A DNA stretch of 63,388 nt, counting the filler, from Reticulomyxa filosa (lineage: Eukaryota > Protista > Foraminifera): assembly GCA_000512085.1 (NCBI GenBank). It is 17 parts of 17 records of this genome, joined end to end, with 100 filler letters (N's around TTAATTAATTAA, not from the genome) between each part and the next. Parts side by side here need not be neighbours in the genome. Positions count along the whole stretch, not along the records: positions 39,690 to 42,020 come from ASPP01009148.1; positions 42,121 to 47,972 come from ASPP01012709.1; positions 48,073 to 50,813 come from ASPP01030539.1; positions 50,914 to 59,167 come from ASPP01008388.1; 13 more parts are not named here. One strand, written 5' to 3'. Each line of letters begins with the position of its first letter. Position 1 is the first letter of the stretch. Positions 40,324-50,953 of the stretch are shown one piece after another. The translations under genes and the position numbers were made by a program. The notes beneath the pieces were generated by a model. It saw nothing but the letters and a program-made list of their open reading frames with translations, searched no databases and was not told where the DNA came from.

Positions 40324-40914
40324 TGCACTTTTGTCCTACTTAAACATAGAAATATTTTTTAATTAAACCATTTCAAAAAAAAAAAAAGAATGATCGGAAA
40401 TCAACCTCAGGAAACCACTAAGGAAAATAACTTGGTTACATCATAATTCTATGTGGAGGGTATGCAATGAATTCACTGCTTCTCCATTTTCAAAAAAAAA
40501 TTCTTGTTTTTGTTGTTGTCTCTCTCTCACTCGTTCCAACCGCTTACACTAGTCGAAAATCAAAGTCGGTTGCGAATAAAAGTCACTCAATCAAATACTA
40601 AATAAATAAAAAGAAAGGAGTTTTTGTCCCTGTTCCAAACAGTATTCTTTTTTGTGCGTTCGTGCACGTACTAAAACCTACATGGGCCAAACATATTGCC
40701 ACAACCGTTTCCAGAGAGAGAAAAAAAATTGCATTGTCAATGTCTGCTTTGATGAAAGTTATGCGATTAAAAAAAAGTTAACACAAATTGTAAGAAGCAA
40801 AGGATAGTGAATCAGCAAAAATATTATTTCCTTTCTTTATATTTTTTTTTCTTTTTTTTTTGGTTCTAGTGCAAGTGTTATCAGACCCCCAAAAAAAAAA
40901 CCTTGCTAACAATA

Positions 40915-41930
40915 ATGTCAGCACGTAAATCAAAAAAGCCACAAAGAAGACGGAGCTCAGCATCTCCTCCGCGAAGAGAGACGTTAAGCAATCCAACAAT
41001 TCTTTCTCCGCTAGAGTACAGTGGCGTTCCTCTAGCGTCACTACAGCCTATGGTGATTCAAGGCGCCTTTCCTCATTGCCAACCATATATAGGCGAAGGG
41101 CCAACATCATATATGTGGACAGCAGGCAAGCCAACAGGGGCAATGTATATTTCTCCCACAAACCACTTTTATCCCGTTGCTTCGTTCAATGCATTAACGA
41201 TGCAGCCAATAAGCAGCCACCAAGCGTTCAAAAAAGGGAGTGAACGAGAAGCCAGTCAAAACTGGAACGAACATAAAAAGGAACACCATGAAAAAATTCA
41301 TTCCAAAAGCTCAGATGTGAGAACACAAAAAAAAAAGATTTCAAAACAACCCCATAAAGTTTAGCCTTTATTAAAAAAAAAAAAAAATGTACATATACAT
41401 ATACATAAACATTTCAATTGTGTTTTGTATACGTATGAAGGAAAGATACTTGGACAAGGGAAGGAGGAAATGTATGAAAAGGGAGGGATAAAAAAAAAAA
41501 AGAAACAAAAACAAAAACAAAAACAAAAAACAAAAACGCTTTTGTTTTGAAAAGAATGAGAAAGTAGCCGACGTTGACACAGAACACTTATCTCCAAGAG
41601 CAAAAAAAGGGAGAAAGGAGAACGGAGCGAACAATGGGAATGACAGCGCCAATGGAAAGGGATCCGAAAAAAACGAATCGAAAACCAGTGAGGCAATGAA
41701 AAGGGAAATTGAGAAATTGAGGACTGACTTGACAGAGATATCAAATAAATATAATGAAAGAATGTTAAAATACGATGAAGTAATGACCAAAAACCGCAAT
41801 TTGATGCAAGAGACAAAGCAATGGAAAAAGAATTATGCAAAGTTGCGTGAGCAATATTTCAACTACCAAGAACTTGTCATTAATACATACACACAAAAAT
41901 TCAATCAGCCGTTGACTTTCTTATCGCATT
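40915..41930 (+). CDS. Hypothetical protein with coiled coil, multi-exon, partial
   Basis: ATG 40915 ORF plus the heptad-rich ORF from 41696, separated by an A-rich intron. Confidence 0.45.
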
Positions 41931-42272
41931 GTCCTGAGTTTTGTATTTCAATTATTTATTTATTTATTTGCATCCCCCTTTTTTTTTTTTTTTTTTATTT
42001 TTATTTTTTTTTTTTTTTTTNNNNNNNNNNNNNNNNNNNNNNNNNNNNNNNNNNNNNNNNNNNNTTAATTAATTAANNNNNNNNNNNNNNNNNNNNNNNN
42101 NNNNNNNNNNNNNNNNNNNNTTTCTAGCAAACCCGGAGTTCTTGGTTCAACCTGAGAAGACTATATTATATCTCTTGTTTATTTTTACCTAAGCAAACAT
42201 GACCGCATCACCTGATGTTGTTAAGTCCTTTTCGCACTCTAAAAATGATGTCTTTGTTTTGAGTTTGGGTGT

Positions 42273-43128
42273 TTGGGGAAAAACGGACAGTTTCCAGCAC
42301 CGCCATTGCCATGGCCAAAAGACACACTGGCAAAAAAAGGCATCTCGGTGGAGACAATCGAATATCACTATGGCAAGCATCATTTGGGATATGTCCGCAA
42401 ATTGAACGGCATTGCGGCGACGGACCAAAAAGTGGCCAAGGCAACAATCGAAGAACTTATTTTGAACGCTGAGGTAAGCATTTTTCAACCATGCATTTTT
42501 TTTTTTCTTTTTTTAAGGAACAATATTGCCAATTAATAGGGTGGAGTGTTCAACTTAGCTGCTCAAATCTGGAACCATTCCTTTTATTGGGAGGGGTAAG
42601 TCAGTCGATGTCATATCTTTAGTAGGGGGGAGCGAGACGAGCTTTTTTTTTTTTTTTTTGAATGGTGAATGTTTTTGACGCAAATAGAATGTCCGCGGAA
42701 GGCGGTGGAAAACCCAGTGGAAAATTGGGAGACCAAATTGCCAAAGACTTTGGCTCTTTTGAAAAATTCAAGGAGCAATTTACTGCTTCCGCAACAAATC
42801 ACTTTGGCTCAGGATGGTATGGTATTTTGCGAATTCGAGTACTTCTTTTTTTTTGCAACTACTCAACCAAATAAAAAAAATTGATGTTTGTCAAATGTGT
42901 GTCTGTAGGGTCTGGCTGTCTTGGGATGACAAAAAAGGAGTGTTGGTAATCACTGAAGGCCATGATGCACAAAACCCATTGAAAAATCATTTAAAACCAA
43001 TCTTGACAATTGATGTCTGGGAACATGCTTATTACATTGACTACAAAAATGACAGACCAGCTTATATCAATGCCTGGTGGAATTGTGTTGATTGGAAAGT
43101 CGTTGAAAAGAGACTTGGTTCCAAATAA
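42273..43128 (+). CDS. sodB: Iron superoxide dismutase (three introns, start uncertain)
   Basis: [22 protein letters not shown] (Fe-type), [16 protein letters not shown]. First intron 42474-42539. Confidence 0.93.
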
Positions 43129-43786
43129 ATCACATATTTCAAACCAGAATACTTTTGTCAACTGACAAACTTTGAAGGCTTTTTTTCTCGGTTTCGATGT
43201 CTGGAGTACAACTCTTTTGTTGGATACTTTTTATTGACTAGCTTTTCGAAACATGGATTTGCCTTCTTTGCATGTTGATTATAAACTGGTAATAATTGCA
43301 GATAACGTGTTGATAAGAAAACATAGTCGGCTAAACATTCTTTCTTATCAAAGTTTTGTAAGCACATATTTTCAATTGCATGACATAAAACTTTAATAAA
43401 AAATGTCCTCATCATGAATATTTTAAAAGATAAAAAAATTGTTGGCAAAATTAAACAAAAGTGGACTCATTTACAAAATTGAAAAATAATTATGCGTCGC
43501 ATACCGTCTTACATATTATTTTGATTGTTCCTAAAAGATATGCATTGCTCAGGGAAGTTATATTTATTTGAATTATTGTCAAATGTGGACTGCGAGATAA
43601 AATCTACTTAGTTGATTTTCTTGCCATTTGTTCGATCATGGTTGTACTGTTATCCTATTTTTATAACAAAAGAAACGAGCTGATGATTACATAAAATCTG
43701 GACGTTTTACAATGATAAGTTTTTTTGAAAAGATTTTTTATTTTATTTTTTTTGGGATTTCGAAATACTTCTAATCAAAGAAGGAC

Positions 43787-46025
43787 ATGGGAAATCAACC
43801 GAAAAAGCAAAATGCGGATATGGATACTGAACTGTTCGAAGTCATGGCATCTTCTCCCATTGGAGCTCAGTGTGTGGTCCACAACTACGAAATTCTGACA
43901 TGTGGACCTCATTCGCATTGTTACTCTTATCATACACATAAAAATAAGTCCAAATTTGTTTGTTCTTTGCCATTCAACGTTCGCAATGATGAGTTTTCCA
44001 TATTAAAACGTGTAAATAAGAGCGATCCAAATGATATTACCTTGTTATATCTTGGTAAACCAGAAAATGAAGCAAAATATTTGCTTCAAATGCCGTATAA
44101 AAGCGTTTGGGACAGTGACAGTGACAGTGACAATGAAACTGGGTTACTCAATTATAATAAGTGGAAACCTGTTATGAAAGAAGAAAAGCAAACGCTTGAA
44201 ACTATCAGTGATGACGAGAGTTTTATTGGAGTACGTTCATTGATTGGTGGGAGTGATAACCATTTGCTATTTATTACTTATTGTCCAAATAATATCAGTG
44301 TGTTGGATTTAAATGCATTGCAATATGTATATCAAGGTACTTTGCCAATTGATACCAAGATAGCCTCTCATTGTTTTGTGCTCAAAAATTGGGATGAATC
44401 ATCCGTGGAGAAAAGGACTACTGAAATGCTGTTATTTTGTCAAGACAGTGGACTAGCAATTGAATATGATGAAATTAGCAAAATTCCCAAGTATCGCCGA
44501 TTAAGGGTTTGCCCAGAGGTTAGATCACTCATTCATTATGCCTATCTGTGTGTTAAAGATTATATCTTATTTTTTGGTGGATATGACGGTAACATGCATA
44601 CAAGAAAGATATACAGATATTCAATAAAAGAGGATACATGGATAAAATTTGATTGCAGCATGCCTTTTCCTTGTACTTCTTGCGTTGCATTATTGGATAG
44701 CGACGGCACATATTTGTACCTTCTTGGTGGCTCCACTGAGTCTAGGCATGTGAAGACGGAGGTGAAAAAATGGCTGAAAGATCAGCTCAATGAAAATGAA
44801 AAACAATGGGTTGTAAAAGAAAAAGAGATAAGGTCAATCGAAGAGACCAGGATGGAGCTGCAAAAAATGAAGCAAAAATTTGACATTAGAAACCTGAAAG
44901 CTAAGCTGTTGTTATTGTTTTGTGTTCAGTGATAATAAAAGTAGTGCAAAATATATATATTAAATTATATTGAAAAAAAAATACAAGACACATAAAGGGA
45001 TTAAATTGATAACTGAGTATTGGATTCGTTCAGTGTCTATTAGGATAGGCTGGATTGATGACTTTAGTTTCATTGTTTCACAGTATCTTCTGGTACATTT
45101 TCTTTTGTTTTATTGTAAATTTGCAACAATACATTCCCACAAAATCAAATTGACATAGGGAAAGTATTTCAAGCCATTGAAAGTACTCCAAGGGCACTCT
45201 GCCAGTGTAAATAGCATAACATTTTCACCAGATGGCACCAAACTGGTTTCGTCATCGGATGATTCAACAGTTCGCATTTGGGATGTTGCGTCTGGAACAA
45301 ATATTCAAGTTTTGAAAGGGCACTCGAATTCTGTTAATTGTGCACGATTTTCACCAGATGGAAAAATCATTGTGTCATGTTCAAGTGATGAGACAATTCG
45401 GTTATGGGATGTTGATTCAGGAGATGTGAAGGAGGTAATACATTATCCTTTTAGTATACAAAAAGTCCAATTTTGTCCAGACGGACAGAAAATTATATCA
45501 CGTTCAATAAGCGGAATAGTTCAAACGTGGGATTTGGTATCTAATCAAAAGATAACACTGAACATTAATGAAAGTTCTGATTTCCGACTTTCGCCTAATG
45601 GTCAATTGATTCTGTCCAATAACAGCAGCAAAATTACAATATTGAATCCGAAATCAGGTGATAAGCTGCACGAATTACGTGTATATACTTCTACATTGAG
45701 TGCACAATTTTCTGCAGATGGCAAAACCATGTTATGTTACTACCGTGATAAAATAATTCGCTTATATGATCTTGTTTTAGAGCGAGAAGTAAAAACATTA
45801 AAAGGGCATTCTGCTGATATAACAGATGTAAAGCTTTTGCAGGACTATCGGACTATCGTGTCATGTTCTGATGATAAAACAATTCGTCTGTGGGATTTGA
45901 AATATGCAATTGAAGTACAAAGGTTAATCGGACATTCTGAAGGTATAACAGAAATAGACGCTTCAGCAAGTGGTACTACGCTTGCTTCTTCTTCCCGTGA
46001 TAATACAATCCGGCTGTGGGGATAA
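43787..46025 (+). CDS. Kelch-like beta-propeller + coiled coil + WD40 protein (two introns)
   Basis: MGN start, ILFFGGY..W and LYLLGG Kelch motifs, linker YWIRSVSIRIGWIDDF..SQY, then about 7 WD40 repeats. Confidence 0.85.
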
Positions 46026-46479
46026 TCGGAAAAGCACATAAAAAATTGAAAAGAAAAAAAAAGTTACTTGTGAAAAATTAATCATCAATTTTGTGTATTT
46101 GTTTGTCAATTCTTTCGTGTGTTGAACAAGCTTAAAAAATTGGCACGTTATTGTTGTCTTCCTATATAATTTTTGTTAAGGGATCGTTGTAAATTTTGTA
46201 ATAAATTTCAATGAAACATGGTTTGTGAGTTTTCAACAATCCTGTACAGGAGAAATCATCATTACTGATTTTCTTGAGTGAGAAGTGATTAAATACACCC
46301 TACAGAGTCATTGAACTCAAGACCATTCCCTTGTACCATTCACAACAAAAAAAAAAACATTCTGAAACGCCAACAAACTAAAAAAAACTCGAATTACAAC
46401 CTTACCCAAACAATCGAGCAAAGCAACCAGACATTGACCAAAATTAAAAAGGAAAGCAAGTGGCAAAGCTTCACTGCTG

Positions 46480-47925
46480 TCAGATTTTCTTTTGCTTTAG
46501 CAAAGAACGAGAGCCAATTCTGCCAATGACAGCAGTGATATCATCTATGTTTCCCCCCAAAGCCAAATAAAGACAGGCAGAGCATAAAGGAGTGGATAAA
46601 TATGTGAATTGTATGCTGATATGACTGAGAGTGTAACAAAGCAATAACCCGTGTATCCAAAGCATTCATCTTGCCAAACGGCATTGGTTTCATTGACAAG
46701 TTTTTTTACCACAGTGTCTAAATTAATTTCCGGATCATCTCTTTGTGTTTTCAATTTAAATCCAACCAGTCCACAAACTTCATCATTTTCCAACATCGAC
46801 CAAATCCCATCAGAGGCCCAAACAACAAACAAGTCGCCAGGGGCTAAATCGTAGCATTTGATATCAGGCTGACTGATAACCCCGTATTGTGAAGCAAATC
46901 GGTCACCCAAGGACCGAGACAATGACGTAGTCACTTTTCTTTGTGGTCCTTCTTTTATGACAATTTCGATTCGAGCATGTCCATCCTCATCCATCTATGT
47001 ACATGCACGTCATATGTGTATATGCACTAAGATTATGTCCAATGTACAATCTCAAAAAAAAAAAAAAAAGTCAAAACGGAACTTGAATATTGGCACCGTG
47101 AAGCTTGAGCCTCTCAGCCTCGGTGGCATCAACAGGTTCATGATCTTTGGTCAATTGGACAGGTGCAACTTTACTAGTACGTGAAGGGACTTCGTCGGGA
47201 AGTCTTCCAAGCACAGTTCTGCTGTCGCCCAAATTGGCCAAGTACAGTTTATCTCCAACGCGGAGTCCACAAGTCAAAGTGGAGCCACTGAATTCGGTAT
47301 CAAAGGTGAGGACAGACTTTCTCCGACCGTAGTCTGTGCGTGGCGTCTTGCCAGGATGAAACACGTCTGGTTTCGGGATATCCAGAGATAGCAGTTTGGA
47401 CTTGCGATGTTGTTCGTAGTCTTCACGAATGACAACACTGGACACTTGCAATGGCGCCTCTTCAAACTCGCCACTGTTTGCGATGCGATTCATTGTCTCC
47501 GTTACCTGTGCGTCGTCCTCCTTCTCTTCCTCCCCTCCACTGTCGCTATCGTGATCCGTGTCCTCTTCCTCGTCGCCTTCGGCAATCGGCTTGATATTTA
47601 AGTCCAAGTCGTTCATGCGTTGCTTTTCGATCGCGCGGAGTCGCTCGCTGTCCCTTTGGTCCGACTCTTTCTCGGCCTGATGCAGCAGTTTGTACGCGAG
47701 CGTGCTGAAGGCCTTTTCTAAGGCCTTCTGTGGCTGGCGCAGCAGCATTTCCTGGTTCTCCTGCAGTAACAAAGGCAGCTTCCTCGCCACGTATTGCGAG
47801 ACCCTGTCCCCTTGCGGACCATGTCCATCCGCCACCCCAAACAGATGCAGGCATCCTTGCGGTCCAAATTCATTGTACACAAAGTACGAATCTTGGTTTA
47901 TCTTCGTCATTCCATTTTTCGTTCC
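46480..47925 (-). CDS. PP2C/PPM protein phosphatase, partial, multi-exon
   Basis: INQDS, FGVADGHG, SGSTL, LANLGDSR, LTKDHEP, LSRSLGD, WASDGIW, DDITAV. Confidence 0.92.
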
Positions 47926-48073
47926 TTTATATACATACATATATGTATATATGTATACGTATTTTATCCAGGNNNNNNNNNNNNNNNNNNNNNNNNNNNN
48001 NNNNNNNNNNNNNNNNTTAATTAATTAANNNNNNNNNNNNNNNNNNNNNNNNNNNNNNNNNNNNNNNNNNNNG

Positions 48074-48319
48074 CGCCTCTGGACCGAGGGTCCCGTCCTG
48101 GAAGTCGAGCACGGCATCCCCGCCCCGGTGCGCCAGGGCCTCGAAGCCCGCGGCCACACGCTCAAAATCATGCCGACCGTGGCCGGCGGCATGAACGCCA
48201 TCCAGTTCCACGACGACGGCACCCTGACCGGCGCCGCCTGCTGGCGCGCGGATGGCACGGCGGCGGCGCTGGGCGGTGGGCTTGCGCGTGCGGGGGTGAG
48301 GTTCGTGTTGCCGGGGTGA
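48074..48319 (+). CDS. ggt: Gamma-glutamyltransferase, C-terminus (5' truncated)
   Basis: RLWTEGPVLEVEHGI..LEARGH..GGMNAIQF..LTGAACWRADG, the GGT small-subunit end. Strong GC3 bias. Confidence 0.85.
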   Translation, partial: RLWTEGPVLEVEHGIPAPVRQGLEARGHTLKIMPTVAGGMNAIQFHDDGTLTGAACWRADGTAAALGGGLARAGVRFVLPG

Positions 48320-48393
48320 TTGCACTCGCCAGTTGCGTTACAATTGCCAATACAAGATGCAAGTCCGTTTCATTGCCTAGTCTGGAAGCCACG

Positions 48394-49548
48394 ATGTTGG
48401 AACTTGAACTACTTTCGATAGATGTCGATGATCGACTTCAGGCTATCTGCGTCACTGCTCGAACAACCTACAGGTGGTACCTCTCTGCGACTGAAGGTGC
48501 AGAGGACAATTTGTCCATTCAACGGAAGATCATTGGCGGAAGGAAGTCATACCAAACCCTTCGCGCTGACCTAGCTAGAGGGTGTGTTCTTCCTCCTATT
48601 GTACTGGCCACGAAAAACGTCTCGGTGCCGAACGAGGTTACGTACAAGAGCATCAAGACCCATCCCAAGCTCACTAGTTCGACTCGCGCAAAGCTCATGT
48701 CCGCCCTGGTCAAAGCAGGTCAGGCTGACTTCTACATTGTAGACGGCCTCCAACGAACCAATGCCCTTCGACAAGTCCGGCAGAGTCTCGACGAAGACGA
48801 ACAAGCCGAGTTCCTCGACAGGCCACTGCGGGTCGAGATTTGGCTCAATGTATCTTTCGGCGCTCTCGCTTATCGTATGCTCCTACTAAACGCTGGACAG
48901 CGACCCATGTCCATCGCGCACCAAGTTGAGGTCTTAAGCACTAAGCTCGCAGAAGACTTAAGCGACATCGAGGGAGCAGAGATCTTTACCAAGCGCGACT
49001 CAAGACGCCGAGTACAGGCAGGCCAGTTTGCTCTGGCGCGCGTTTCCCAAGCATTCCAAGCTTGGCTACAAGGGCAACCAACTCTCGACATTCGCAATAC
49101 AGTGATGGAGCAATTGCTGGCCGAGTCGGCGATAGAAACACTTGGTCAATCACTATCCGGGCCAATGAAACGAGTAGACAGAGATGAGTTTCACGACTTC
49201 TTCCGGTGGATAGTCGAACTCGATCACGCGATTGACGATGAGCATCGTGAGTTTCTTGGTAGCGAGACAGTCCTTCAGGGGATTGCAGCTGCATTTGGGA
49301 ACGTGACGAGGAATTCAGATCATAGATCCAAAGCCCGTAAGGCTTCGCAAAGACTTTTGGCACGCCAACAAAAGAAGGGGGACGCGCTAGGGATCGAACT
49401 GTTTGACCAACTAAGAGGAGGAATTGACGCGAAGCGTCAGAATGTTGGTGATGCCACCAGAGAAATGGTTTTTCGCGCATTCGAGGAGTATCTGCGAAGC
49501 GGCGGAAGCAAACCCATGGAAGAATGCTGGAAGTATGGCGCGCGGTAG
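48394..49548 (+). CDS. ParB/Srx-fold protein, DUF262/DndB(DGQHR)-like N-terminal domain plus unknown helical C-terminal domain (384 aa from ATG 48394)
   Basis: Ordered motifs IQR ... LPPIVL ... YIVDGLQRTNAL ... LLLNAGQRPMS match the QR / DGQxR / xxxN signature. GGAAG lies 5 nt upstream of the ATG. Confidence 0.8.
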   Translation: MLELELLSIDVDDRLQAICVTARTTYRWYLSATEGAEDNLSIQRKIIGGRKSYQTLRADLARGCVLPPIVLATKNVSVPNEVTYKSIKTHPKLTSSTRAKLMSALVKAGQADFYIVDGLQRTNALRQVRQSLDEDEQAEFLDRPLRVEIWLNVSFGALAYRMLLLNAGQRPMSIAHQVEVLSTKLAEDLSDIEGAEIFTKRDSRRRVQAGQFALARVSQAFQAWLQGQPTLDIRNTVMEQLLAESAIETLGQSLSGPMKRVDRDEFHDFFRWIVELDHAIDDEHREFLGSETVLQGIAAAFGNVTRNSDHRSKARKASQRLLARQQKKGDALGIELFDQLRGGIDAKRQNVGDATREMVFRAFEEYLRSGGSKPMEECWKYGAR

Positions 49549-49554
49549 ACGGAT

Positions 49555-50667
49555 ATGCCGTCCCCAATTCCAGGCAGGCTGGCCGCCCTCAGCCTGATTA
49601 CAGCACCCGGCGAGAATGAGAATAGTTCGAATCATTCGGCCGACGATCTCATTGAAGCCCTCTCAGCTGTTGCGACAGCCATTCGAGTCGAGTGGTCTGA
49701 AGAGCTATCTCAAGAAGTCCGGCGCTGGCTGGACAGCGAAAAGTCGCCTCGCATTACCGCATACCGAAGTCAGTCTCCGGTAGCCAGCTGGTCCGTCCAG
49801 TCGGTTACGTTGTCTGGGCGAGAGGTCGCCCGCATTCTGCGGACGCCGCTAGCTACCGAGGAAGCGCGAGTTCCGTCGGCCGGACAAGAAATCGTGGTGG
49901 GAGCGTTTTTGTTTTGCAAGGACGCAGCGTTTGTTGACCTTTCAATAGAACCGAACCAGATTCTAGTTCACTGGCTGCTGGCCGATGGGATAGGGCCTGA
50001 ACTAGAGGGTCTTGTTGTTGCGGCAGCTGGCGCGACAGGGCGCGATCAAATACGCCACCAAAACACCACCGCGCTTGCTCAACAAATTGAGCTCGGCGAA
50101 AAAATTTCCCGACGGCCATCCCACGAACTCGGCTTCCTGACAGAAGCGTATCGCTCCATATGGGCAGCAGGAGAAGTTCGATGGCAGTATCTAAGCGTCT
50201 ATAGGATTTTTGAGCATGCATGGCTGCGCACCATATTCGATGAGCTCAACAGGGACTTCATGCAGAGTCCAGACATAGCCCTGAAAAGCGCAAACGAAGC
50301 GCTGGCATCTGAAAGAGCGCAATTCGAAAAAGCTGTCGCAGCGCATGACGTTAGGGCTGAATTCGAAGAATTCAGGAAGAAATTCAAAGTGCTTTTAGCA
50401 ACAAATAGATTCTGTTGCGCCATCGATAAGCGAGTCAGCCCTGATAAGGCCAGCCATGCTAAGGGAGAAAAGCCGGATTCTGTGAAAGGAGAGGAGTGGC
50501 GAACGGGTGTACGCATTTGCTATCAGATTCGGTGCGCCATCGTACACGCAGGCGCAGCCGGGCCCTACTACGAGAACTTCAACGATGCTGACAGCGCTGT
50601 TGGTCAGCTACTCCCCAGTTTGGAATTCGCCATGCAGAAGTTTATAGGTATTGCTGTTAGCTCTTAG
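49555..50667 (+). CDS. HEPN-domain protein (putative RNase effector), ApeA/MAE_28990-like C-terminus, 370 aa
   Basis: YLSVYRIFE helix (about 50188-50214) and CYQIRCAIVHAG with Rx4H (50530-50547). Starts 6 nt after the upstream stop. Confidence 0.72.
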   Translation: MPSPIPGRLAALSLITAPGENENSSNHSADDLIEALSAVATAIRVEWSEELSQEVRRWLDSEKSPRITAYRSQSPVASWSVQSVTLSGREVARILRTPLATEEARVPSAGQEIVVGAFLFCKDAAFVDLSIEPNQILVHWLLADGIGPELEGLVVAAAGATGRDQIRHQNTTALAQQIELGEKISRRPSHELGFLTEAYRSIWAAGEVRWQYLSVYRIFEHAWLRTIFDELNRDFMQSPDIALKSANEALASERAQFEKAVAAHDVRAEFEEFRKKFKVLLATNRFCCAIDKRVSPDKASHAKGEKPDSVKGEEWRTGVRICYQIRCAIVHAGAAGPYYENFNDADSAVGQLLPSLEFAMQKFIGIAVSS

Positions 50668-50718
50668 CTCACTTCTTGAAGGTCCGTTTCCAGCGCTGGG
50701 CGGCGCGTCTCCTATCTT

Positions 50719-50811
50719 TCAATGAAACACCCGCCCTGAATCGATCACCAACGTCTGCCCGGTCGTGCTGTTGGTTCGGCACATCGTGACGACCTGGTCG
50801 GCGCAGTCGTC
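50719..50811 (-). CDS. Short-chain dehydrogenase/reductase, C-terminus (5' truncated)
   Basis: Read manually: DDCADQVVTMCRTNSTTGQTLVIDSGRVFH*, the SDR TGQxxxxDxG terminus. Confidence 0.75.
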   Translation of the reverse strand, partial: DDCADQVVTMCRTNSTTGQTLVIDSGRVFH

Positions 50812-50913
50812 CTNNNNNNNNNNNNNNNNNNNNNNNNNNNNNNNNNNNNNNNNNNNNTTAATTAATTAANNNNNNNNNNNNNNNNNNNNNNNNNNNNNNN
50901 NNNNNNNNNNNNN

Positions 50914-50951
<38 letters not shown>

Positions 50952-50953
<2 letters not shown>

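Larger units (their letters stand above)
48073..50813. other. Bacterial contig embedded in a eukaryotic assembly
   Basis: Abruptly higher GC, no introns or homopolymers, operon-like spacing, bacterial genes, bounded by linkers. Confidence 0.92.

Noticed and set aside
48320-48375. Sigma70 promoter (TTGCAC / TACAAT) for the cassette
   Set aside because: The spacer is only 13 nt. No convincing -35/-10 pair was found.
48316-48393. ORF-track start at 48316 overlapping the ggt stop
   Set aside because: ATG 48394 has an SD-like GGAAG, and the extra 26 aa look non-coding.
48394-49548. Calling ORF1 dndB or gmrSD
   Set aside because: There are no dnd genes, no HNH domain, and the motif differs. Only the superfamily level is supportable.
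50690-50699. Palindrome CCAGCGCTGG as a terminator
   Set aside because: It is short, has no loop and no U-tract.
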